Both the position numbers and the translations under genes were made by a program. From contig OZ024740.1 of NCBI GenBank assembly GCA_964016885.1, positions 176,080,001-176,144,000 of the forward strand: DNA of 64,000 bases, in the 5' to 3' direction. Positions 14,859-26,020 of this stretch are shown here, in pieces (position 1 is the stretch's first letter; each line of letters opens with the position of its first letter). Origin of the DNA: Eledone cirrhosa. Lineage: Eukaryota. Under the pieces are notes generated by a model. The model was not told the origin of the DNA and did not search any database. It worked only from the letters and a program-made list of their open reading frames with translations.

Positions 14859-16656
14859 CGTGTGTGTGTGTGTGTGTGTACGCATACAGTTATATTGAAA
14901 AATAAACACACTTATATATGTATGTGCGTGTGCGTGGGTGTGTATCATTTTATCAAAGCAGACGATAACAATATTATGATGAGACAACAACGATGCGCAG
15001 TAAGGAAATATGCATTAACGATCAAAGTATGGAGGCGGAGAGAGCGGAGGGGTGAGCGTCACACTTTTGGATTGCAGAGATAGTAGGAGGGGGATTCACC
15101 TGTTAACACACGTGACCAGCCGTCAGCTTTGTTGCTAGGGGGCGCTGACGATGCCAGCGCGTGATAACATGGGGGAAGAAAAAGAAAAAAGAATAAAGAA
15201 TCAGTTTTGAAAATAATAAACATATAAATTTTTAAGCAAGACATATCCTAATTTGAAGAACTTACTATTATGTGCTGTTTGATTCTTTATTTTTATAACA
15301 TTGTTATTGTAAATTTTGTTGATATTGTGGGTGTTGATGTTGTTTTTGTTGAAGTTGTTATTGTTGTTGTGAATGTTGTTGATGTGTTAGTATGGATGTT
15401 GTTGTTCTAGGTATTGTTTTGGATGTTATTCTTGTTGTTGAACGTACTATTGTAGTAGGTGTTGTTGTTGTGAATGTTGTTGTGGGTCTTTTATTCCTTG
15501 GTGTGGGTGTTGCTCCTGTTGTTGTTGTTGTTGTTGTTTTTCTAGGTAATGTTGATGTGGGTGTTGTTGCTATTGTTACATGCAGATTTGTGAATGAATG
15601 ATGTTGTTACCGTTGTTATTGGAAAACTACAATAAAAGTATTGTGGACCGAGGAGCAGTAATAGGATAAGTATGAGTAGGGGGTGAGATAATGGATCTGG
15701 CCGGTAGTGTGACACAGGTGCGTGTGATGGTTATGATAGTTTTGTGACTGTAAAGATGGTGATGGCTTCAGTTTAGTGGCTTATAGTGACGGGAATATTG
15801 GTGTTCGTTGTTGTTGTCGTTCATGGTGGTGGTGGTGATGGTGGTGGTGGTAATTGTAGTGATGGAGTTGGTAATAGCGGTAGTGGCAATGGTAGTGTTC
15901 TTTTGGTGATGATGTATGGATAATGGGAGCTGGTTGAGAGTGGTGCTGACAGTGAATATAGTTACCGATTGTGGTTTCATCTCTGATACGTAAGTGATAG
16001 TGATGACGATAGGGGGGGGGGGGGGCGTTGGTGTTGTTGACTGTATTAGTGCTGATGTAGACGTCAGTGGTGGTTTTTGTTGTGTTGTTAATGTTGTTTA
16101 ACACACAACAACCCTTATCGAACAAACTTATGATCAAAGACATACCTGTTATGACAATAGCCGTCATTTTCCTATATGCAGAGAACTCAAACCCCACCAT
16201 TCAACGTGTTCTTGTATAAAGGTGTAATTTAAGGGATTTGGGTTGGTTGCCTAGCAAGTAAATTATCCAGTCTTAGATTGTGGATTGGTGGAATTTTTAA
16301 AGTGTCGAACGGGGATACCTTACAGTATTTGTTTCAGTTCTTTTATTCTACATTCTTGAGGGGTATCATTCTTGAAAGGATATACACATAATAAAGAATA
16401 TACTGTCGCCGTTATCCCGACATTAAGTGTCCTGGCCTATTCAGATGTCATCTGAAGTAAGTATAGTTAATTTTCTTATGAAATTATCTTACTGGCTTCT
16501 CCCATTTATGAATTTATAATGTTCTGAATTTATTCATTGAGCCACCCCATAATATATCTATATGTATTTTAAAGAGCTAAGGATTCATTTTCCTTTTCCT
16601 TTGATCATATTATTGACAAGGAATAACAAGAGTCTATGGCTCCGTTAATTTATCGT

Positions 16657-16771
<115 letters not shown>

Positions 16772-16835
16772 ATACATATATACATATATATATACATATA
16801 TATACATATATACATATATACATATATATATATAT

Positions 16836-16868
<33 letters not shown>

Positions 16869-16873
16869 TATAT

Positions 16874-16906
<33 letters not shown>

Positions 16907-16945
16907 TATATATACATATATACATATATATATATATACATATAT

Positions 16946-16978
<33 letters not shown>

Positions 16979-16983
16979 TATAT

Positions 16984-17054
<71 letters not shown>

Positions 17055-17058
<4 letters not shown>

Positions 17059-17377
17059 TGAAAATCAGTCATATGGAACTGTTGTCATCTTGCCTGACGG
17101 TTTGAACTTTACAACACCACCTGCCTCTTTGAGGTCAAATACCAACCCTACTAGCATCTACAAACTGACCAATGAGAATTAAGACTATTCCTGCTGACAA
17201 CATTAAATTATTCCAAACAAGCTCATATGTCCCAAGGCTCTGATACCATCAGCACTATAAAGACAGAGCTGGCATATCTAAGAACTGACTAACTGCCTGA
17301 TGAGGTCATAGCCATTCAATGGCTATCATCGAAATATATATACCAGTAAATAAAGGATTATGAGTTCTTATGTTTCG

Positions 17378-17385
<8 letters not shown>
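17055..17385 (+). mobile_element. Penelope-like 3' end fragment (ORF end plus HHR) between (TA)n arrays
   Basis: Translation [11 protein letters not shown] resembles the PxGLN C-terminus of Penelope ORFs. It is followed by an HHR at 17292-17347 and AATAAA. Confidence 0.6.
17292..17347 (+). ncRNA. Minimal type I hammerhead ribozyme
   Basis: ACTGC CTGATGA GGT-C-ATAGCCA ttcaa TGGCTAT-C-ATC GAAA TATATA TA CCAGT. Confidence 0.72.
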
Positions 17386-17452
<67 letters not shown>

Positions 17453-17479
17453 ATGTAATAAACAACATAAGGCAATTAT

Positions 17480-17537
17480 TCCATTTACCAGTGGTTTCTT
17501 AAAAGCAAAAGGTTTTGCTTTCATTCCTCAGAACGAA
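17480..17537 (-). ncRNA. Minimal type I hammerhead ribozyme; diverged paralog at ~18971-19029
   Basis: Minus strand: TTCGTT CTGAGGA ATGAAAGCAAAA cc TTTTGCTTTTAA GAAA CCACTGG TA AATGGA. Confidence 0.72.
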
Positions 17538-17678
17538 AAAATCCTGGTTTGTTTATTGAATTTGGATCTAAAAAACAAAAAAAGCAAGCTATATGAAAGT
17601 GAGGCTGGAGAAGGAAGAAGGAAAGGAAAAAATAAAAACAAAATCAAAATAAGACTACCCATACAACCACACATACAC

Positions 17679-17751
<73 letters not shown>

Positions 17752-18132
17752 TGTGTATACGCGCACGCACGCACGCGTATACAAATATAAATATATTTCT
17801 CCCATACACATGTGTGTGCGTGCATGCGCGCGCGCATACGCGCAGGGTATGTTCTGTTGAAAGTGTCTCGTGAATTTATGGCTACAGTTGTACAGATTAT
17901 ACTTAGATATTGTCCACAGAATTCCCTAAACCTTCGTCAATATACTAGAACCTTTAAGAATTTAGCTTTTAAGGAATCTCCCCTTCCTCCAAATCTATCT
18001 ACCATGACTGACCCCATACTTATTACAGACACCTGTAAGCTAAAGAGATAGCTAATGATAAGGATTGGCTCCAATCTGAATACAGAAATCTGTCTGCCTA
18101 TGTTCCTCTAAGAACAAACATATACAAACATT

Positions 18133-18210
<78 letters not shown>

Positions 18211-18233
18211 TATCTACACACACACACGCATAC

Positions 18234-18268
<35 letters not shown>

Positions 18269-18741
18269 TACACACACACACATGCATATATACACACACA
18301 TACACACACACAAAAGCACATATACATACGCACGAAATAGTCAACGCATTCACACTCTCACACATAAAAAAAATGTTTCAAATACAAATACATAACCGCA
18401 TACATACGCATACATGCATAACCACGCACAAGTGTACGATCTATACACACACACATGTGTATACAACTATATGCACACACACACATATATGCATACATAA
18501 GCACACATATAATTACATAAATACAAACGTACACACACACATATATAATTACACACGTACACATACACACACATATACATACATAGCTAAACAATTATAC
18601 ACATACAAATACGTATATATCATGAACACGCACAACAGAACACAAACACACACACACATACACACACACATACACACACACACACACACACACATATACA
18701 ATTATCAATATATACACACACATATATACACACACGCACAT

Positions 18742-18807
<66 letters not shown>

Positions 18808-19161
18808 GCATACACACATATACACACATACACAACGACGCCCACACACATGCATACGCATACACACGTATATGCGTGTGTGTATATAAAACTCAATCTT
18901 AGATAAACCATAAGGACCTTACATATACGTATATTAGTAGTAAAGTATTAAAGCAACATAAGGCAATTATTCCATTTACCAAGGTTTTCTTAAAAGCAAA
19001 AAAAATTTTCCTACAATCTTCAGGATGAGAGAAACCTGGCTTATCCACACATACACATATATACACACACACACAAATACATACATATATAAATACATAC
19101 ACACAGGCACACACACACATACGTATAAACATATATACATACACACATACACACACATATC

Positions 19162-19211
<50 letters not shown>

Positions 19212-19343
19212 CACATATATACACACAAATATACACACACATACACATAGGTATGTGGAGGGCAAGGCAAAAAGAATATATGTGGGGGTCGCATAGGAGA
19301 AGGTAAAATATAAGGGGAGGTAAGGGAGAAAAATATATATAAA

Positions 19344-19504
<161 letters not shown>

Positions 19505-20211
19505 TATATTTAACTTTAACATGCCTCAATCTATTATTTTATTTTATTTTAATTATCATTTACCTAAAATATACTGGCTCATTAATTAATATATATCTTT
19601 ATACATAACCGTTATTTAAATAGTTCTAACAATAAGTACCTCAAAAGCTTTACATACCGAATACGTTGACAATGATTAACTTCATTAAAGATTACATTTA
19701 GGAAAATATTCAACAGTGTAAACTTTCCTTATTAATGGCCAGCTAAATCCTTTAAATGTTATCCTCAAAAAATTCAGAAGCTTAGAAATGTTAACACACT
19801 TATAAAATTTACAAAACTAATACATAAATAACCACCAATTTAAAAAAAACCCCCTAAAATCTTGATTCTTCACCCTAAGATAACATAAATTAAATATTTT
19901 CAAACTTAACCGTTTAAATTTCGGAAAAAATCTCCTTCTGCATACATTACCCCCCTCATCTTTAACTCTCTCTCACTGACTGTTATACTTCATGAAATGC
20001 TTTCCTAGATAAATTGTAGTATCATACATATTAAAATCTCGATAACTGGTACATTAAGCAACGATTTTCTTACTCACACATTCTCTATTGAATTTATTAC
20101 GTTTTCGTATTTTCTCATTATTAGGGTATAAATATTGAATTTTCTCTTAGATTAATCACTACCTTGATTAAATCTTAACCATTTAACATCTCAGGGTATG
20201 TCATGTATCAT

Positions 20212-20270
20212 TATATTTTGTCTGATGAGGACGTACTGTTGTACATCCGAAATATGTATAATAAAATGTA
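20212..20270 (+). ncRNA. Minimal type I hammerhead ribozyme (same family as the 14.6 kb motif)
   Basis: TATATTTTGT CTGATGA GGA-C-GTAC tgtt GTAC-A-TCC GAAA TATGTA TA ATAAAATGTA. Confidence 0.75.
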
Positions 20271-20523
20271 ATTGATCAAAAGAACATCTATTTTATTAAT
20301 ATTTATATTCTAATATAAGTATGTATACGTACATACATATATGTATACAGACGTACAGTAGTATGTATATATATATACATACATGCACACATATATATAT
20401 GTACGTATGGATTAACTGAACATTTATTACAATGCTCGGTGTGTTTGTAAACAAACATCCCGAATTAAGCCGTACAGTGTCTAGCAACCATCGTTGCTCA
20501 TTTGTTCAACACTGACAAAGGAA

Positions 20524-20564
20524 CGCTCTACTAGTTTCAAGCTTATTAGCTATCGTCAGCAACG
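20524..20564 (-). ncRNA. Minimal type I hammerhead ribozyme in a ~429-bp tandem unit
   Basis: Minus strand: CGTTG CTGACGA T-AGCT aata AGCT-T GAAA CTAG TA GAGCG. Confidence 0.68.
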
Positions 20565-21521
20565 TATACCTTCCTGCCAGATGATTGAACGTCTGAAAGT
20601 ATATACTTTCCTTATGCATATTAACGGCTGAGCAGCCTAATTTGCATATCGAGTGAGTTAATCGGCCGGGCGCACCGAAAACGATAAACGGAAAAATGAA
20701 ACGAAATTTCATTTCTCACTCTTAGTACGGCTGTTACTTAAATATAAGTATGTATACGTACATACATATATGTATACAGACGTACAGTAGTATGTATATA
20801 TATACATACATGCACACATATATATATATGTACGTATGGATTCACAGAACATTTATTATAATGCTCGGTGTGTTTGTAAACAAACATCCCGAATTAAGCC
20901 GTAGTGTCTAGCAACATCGTTGCTCATTTGTTCAACACTGACAAAGGCACGCATATATAATTACAGACACTTGTGCGTGTGCGTGCACAATTGTGCGTGT
21001 GTGTGCATACATGTCCCCACGGGCACTCTTGCACGGGTTTAGGTGCACATACCTGCATACACCCTTGTATACACATATATCTATATATATAAAGTTGTAG
21101 TTCCTATCTGTTCGTTTGTTTGTTAGTTTGTTCACGAACTCCTCCTATTGTTTTGGAGATAGACCCTATAACCATATATATTCTGAAACTACATTACCAA
21201 GGGTACTTGGATAAGTATATTTCATTTTAATCAAAGAGTTCTCCGAAGGCACAACCCCCCCCCCCCCCCCCCCCCGCTGAAAATCCCGCTGAAAAGTTTT
21301 CCCCTTCGATTTATATGAAATTTAAACCATAGGTAAACGACAAAAAATAATGTTTCCAATTTTTCATGCATTACATTTTACATTGAGTAATATTGAATTG
21401 TAGAGTTTTTCGCCTTCTAACTTTTTGCCTTCATACCGGCTGCTACCCATGTGATGTTTTCCCATTTGAAAAAAATCATACGTGGTGGTCATTTTAAATT
21501 TCGTCCTCTTATTGCGGGAAC

Positions 21522-21613
21522 TCCTCTGAAGAGTCGTCATTCTCCCGATATTAGATGTCCCGGCTTATTAAGATGTCTAATATCTATCTCACACGATGAA
21601 ACAGCCGTCGGGA
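21522..21613 (+). ncRNA. Type I hammerhead ribozyme with extended stem II
   Basis: TCCT CTGAAGA GTCGT...GATATTAGATGTC/GATGTCTAATATC...ACGAT GAAA CAGCCG TC GGGA; GUC triplet. Confidence 0.75.
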
Positions 21614-21754
21614 CATATGAAGGAAGTAAAGATGTCTTTATGAATATATCTTATTGCTTCTCCCATTTATAAATTTAAAATGCTCTGATTTATTCATTGA
21701 GCGACCCCGGTAATGGTTGAACAATTTATATATATGTGTTTATATATCTCTTTG

Positions 21755-21789
<35 letters not shown>

Positions 21790-22080
21790 AAAATTAAATT
21801 AAATTAAGGGTCATGTCCGAGACATGCGCCATATCCACGTGAGTTTACGGATTAATGGTGAAATATATTTCTTTAATGAAATATATACAAGGAAGATTAA
21901 TCATTTTTAAAAGGTAATATTTGAAGTTCTAGTTAAACTTTAATTAGTTACCTACCTAGTTGTGTATGCTTACATACTTTACAAATTATCCCCTGTGACT
22001 GTTTCATGTGTTTATTTTAAATATAAGTATATGTCAATCAATTTCTAGTTGATATATATGTATATATATATATATATACA

Positions 22081-22204
<124 letters not shown>

Positions 22205-22206
22205 CA

Positions 22207-22305
<99 letters not shown>

Positions 22306-22324
22306 TTATATATATATATATACA

Positions 22325-22455
<131 letters not shown>

Positions 22456-22624
22456 GTATAAATATCAAGTAAGTATGTTTTGAAACAGTGAGCAGGTTTG
22501 AAATAAGAAAATAGAATAGCTTTCAAAAGATGAGTATTGACGTACATGTACGTCAATACTCATCTTTTTCCATTTATCAGGCTAAAATTCCTTTAGTCAA
22601 AAATACGGTGAAAGCTACGTATAA

Positions 22625-22686
<62 letters not shown>

Positions 22687-23134
22687 AGAGAAAGAGATAG
22701 GGAGAGAGAGAAAGAGAGAGAGAGAGGGGGGGGGGGGCAGAGAGAGAGAGAGAGAGGGAGAGAGAGATAGAGAGAGAGCGAGAGATAGAGATGGGTGTAC
22801 GTTTGTGTATACAAGCGTGAGCATGTATATGTATGTGTGTGTATTTATGTATATATCAGAGTAAAGTAATGAACTGTACTCAAGACCGGCACACATCTCG
22901 CCATCTAGCATGAACATCATTTGCCTCGATACCGATTGACCTACGACAGATATTATCAACTCAGTTGTTAGATTCACTACGGCCCAACCACTTGAAATTT
23001 CCCCGCCAATTAGTAGCAAACCTATAGTCAAGCGAAATCTCCATGCAGAAGTAAAAATAACTTCTTGATACAAATGTTTAATATTTGTCATTTCCAGTCT
23101 TGGCTAACTTAAATGCAATGTATTTTTACGGCAT

Positions 23135-23311
23135 GGCACTATCGGTAGATGGTTAGACGCCATGCTTTGACGCATAGAGTTACGGCCCTTTGCATTCTGA
23201 GTTCAAACCCCACCAAGGTTAAGTTTGCCTTTCATCCTTACGGGGTCGATAAAATAAAGTACCAGTAATGCACTGGGTATTTTCTGACCTTGTGCCCAAA
23301 GTAGAAACAAT

Positions 23312-23312
<1 letters not shown>
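23135..23312 (+). mobile_element. SINE family A
   Basis: Full core GCCTTTCATCCTTACGGGGTCGATAAAATAAAGTACCAG. Confidence 0.8.
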
Positions 23313-23343
<31 letters not shown>

Positions 23344-23353
23344 AAAGATGAAT

Positions 23354-23856
23354 TTGGAAATAGCACGGGAGATATATTTAAGGGTCTGTTTTTCTTTTTT
23401 GATTCGTCAAAGTGACATTATTGAAAAGATAGTGTTATTAAAAAGATGATTGTTTCTACTTTTGGCACAAGGCCAGCAATTAATCCAGTGTATTACTGGT
23501 ACTTTATTTTATCGACTCTGTAAGGATGAAAGGCAAAGTTAACCTAGGCGGGATTTAAACTCAAACCATAAAGGGACGTAACTATGCTGGAAGGCATGGC
23601 GTCCGACCCTCTACCGATACTGCCAATCCACCGCAATGTTATTAAAAAAAGAGAGGGACAATTCTTTTTTAAACATTTTTTTATGAAGTATCTAAAGTAT
23701 ATGATTAATTTTCTCATAATTTAAAAACAAATTTTTAAAAAGAATTCTCCCTCTCTTTATTTAACAACACTATCGTTTTAATAACACTATCTTGTCACTT
23801 TGACGAATCAAAAAATAAAAACAGACCCTTAAATATATCTCCCGTGCTATTTCCAA
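23354..23856. repeat. Long imperfect palindrome interrupted by a SINE
   Basis: TTGGAAATAGCACGGGAGATATATTTAAGGGTCTG...CAGACCCTTAAATATATCTCCCGTGCTATTTCCAA. Confidence 0.8.
23449..23635 (-). mobile_element. SINE family A inserted into one arm of a long palindrome
   Basis: Reverse-complement family match. Confidence 0.8.
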
Positions 23857-24118
23857 CATCGCAAAAAATCTCAAATATCAAGCGATGCCTGTGCTTGAAG
23901 CTTTTTTAAGTGATGAAAGGCTTTGCTCGGAGCCAATCCCACTCTCCGAACATCGAATGCATTTGTCCTAAAAGAACTAGTCTACATCATTGGATGTAAA
24001 CGAAGTCGCATGTGTGCGTGTGTGTGTGTATGTGTGTGTGTGTGTGCGTGAGTGTGAGCGTGAGTGTGTGCGTGTGTTTATTCATTTATTTATTTACGTA
24101 CAGATATATACGTTTATA

Positions 24119-24168
<50 letters not shown>

Positions 24169-24203
24169 TATATGTATGTATGCATGTATGTATATATTTA
24201 TAT

Positions 24204-24812
24204 GTCAGGTCACCAGTAGGTGCTACTGTTAACATGTATCCCAGTACAACCTGTCTCATGGTCGGGTCGCTGGCGACTAAACTGGCAACCCTACCAAGGT
24301 TTCTTGGTGAGGTGGGTGACTTTGGACATCCTGCAGGACTAGAAAAATACCTGTCAAAGGGCAAAGGAGCTCTTAAGAGTCAATGACCATCCAAAATCAC
24401 CGGGAGAGATGACCCCTTAGCCTTTGTCAAGGCAGAATTCTAGGAGAAGGAAAACTCTGATATAACACCTGCAACTTTGATGGTATCCAATGATTTTGAC
24501 TTGTTCTTCTTTTTGGTAAATATCATCTTGGTTAAGAGAGTGGGGCTGGCTTTGTGCAGTGCCTTTGCTCATTATAAAAGCTACACGGCACAGGCATTGC
24601 TTTATATATGGCGATCTCTCTGCACTTGTCGTCACATGGTACCATGGGCCCAACACTAAGTGTCAATAATTGTCACCAGTGTAGTGTTTGTACCAGAGTT
24701 TTCAAGTCGCTGGCTGGATTAAAATGTCACACTCGTTCAGCGCATCGGTAGGGGTTCTCCTACATGGATATAAAGTAGTGGCCGTACTCTAAAACGAGTT
24801 GGCAGCCACCAT
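24204..24812 (+). mobile_element. Bipartite RTE-derived non-autonomous element, copy 1
   Basis: RTE 5'UTR-like motif TCTAGGAGAAGGAAAACTCTG; 3' part encodes [15 protein letters not shown](C/S)HTRSAH; end resembles the 3' end of the RTE at 43.9 kb. Confidence 0.75.
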
Positions 24813-25110
24813 AAATATATATATATATATACATGTATATATATGTATATGTATGTATGTATATATATATGTATATGTATGTATATATATATGTATATGT
24901 ATGTATGTATGTATATGAATGTATGTATATGTATGTATGTATATATATGTATATATATGTATATATATGTATGTGTATATATGTATATGTATGTATGTAT
25001 ATATATATGTATATGTATGTATATATATGTATATGTATGTATGTGTATGTATATGTATGTATATATATGTAGATGTATGTATGTATGTATATATATGTAT
25101 ATGTATGTAT

Positions 25111-25717
25111 GTCAGGTCACCAGTTGGTGCTACTGGTAACATGTATCCCAGTACAACCTGTCCTAAGGTCGGGTCGTTGGCGACTAAACTGGCAACCCCA
25201 CCAAGGTTTCTTGGTGAGATGGGTGACTTTGGACATCCTGCAGGACTAAAAGAAAACCTGTCAAAGGGCAAAGGAGCTCTTAAGAGTCAATGGCCATCCA
25301 AAATCACCGGGAGAGATGACCCCTTAGCCTTTGTCAAGGCAGAATTCTAGGAGAAGGAAAACTCTGATATAACACCTGCAACCCTGATGGTATCCAATGA
25401 TTTTGACTTGTTCTTCTTTTTGGTAAATATCATCTTGGTTAAGAGAATGGGACAGGCTTTGTGCAGTGCCTTTGCTCACTATAAAAGCTTCACGGCACAG
25501 GTATTGCTGTATATCTGGAGAAGTCTCTGCACTTGTCATCACATGGTACCATGGGCCCAGCACTATGTGTCAATAATTGTCACAAGTGTAGTGTTTGTAC
25601 CAGAGTTTTCAAGTCGCTGGCTGGACTAAAAAGTCACACTCGTTCAGTGCATCGGTAGGGGTTCTCCTAAATGGATATAAAGTAGTGGCCGTACTCGAAA
25701 ACGAGTTGGCAGCCACC

Positions 25718-25719
<2 letters not shown>
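25111..25719 (+). mobile_element. Bipartite RTE-derived non-autonomous element, copy 2
   Basis: Highly similar to 24204-24812. Confidence 0.75.
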
Positions 25720-25764
<45 letters not shown>

Positions 25765-25767
<3 letters not shown>

Positions 25768-25950
25768 CGAAGGAAGTATGGTAAGGAACCAGATGGACCA
25801 TAACGCACCAGAGTACTTAGGGTAGTAGAGTAGGTAATAGGAAAATGTTTAACCCCGACCGCAGAGCTCAAGGCGTTTTTACGGCTATTTCTGGACAGAA
25901 ATAGCCGTCGAAACGGTTTGAGCTCTGCCGTCGGGGTTAAACATTTTCCT

Positions 25951-25952
<2 letters not shown>
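25765..25952. repeat. Fold-back element family; paralogs at 40143-40336 and 55749-55950, partial copies at ~31655-31790 and ~57370-57635
   Basis: ~56-bp arms centred at ~25894, embedded in (TA)n, with a shared tail (AACGAAGGAA...CTTAGGGTAGTAGAG). Confidence 0.8.

Positions 25953-26012
<60 letters not shown>

Positions 26013-26020
<8 letters not shown>

Noticed and set aside
21080-21450. Possible Helitron-like 5' end (TCTATATATATAAAG...GTTTGTTTGTT)
   Set aside because: No 3' hairpin/CTRR terminus or second copy to support it.
24417-24659. Recurrent ORFs MLGPWYHV... and MVSNDFDL... in four places, suggestive of a gene family
   Set aside because: Incidental frames within copies of the RTE-derived non-autonomous repeat.
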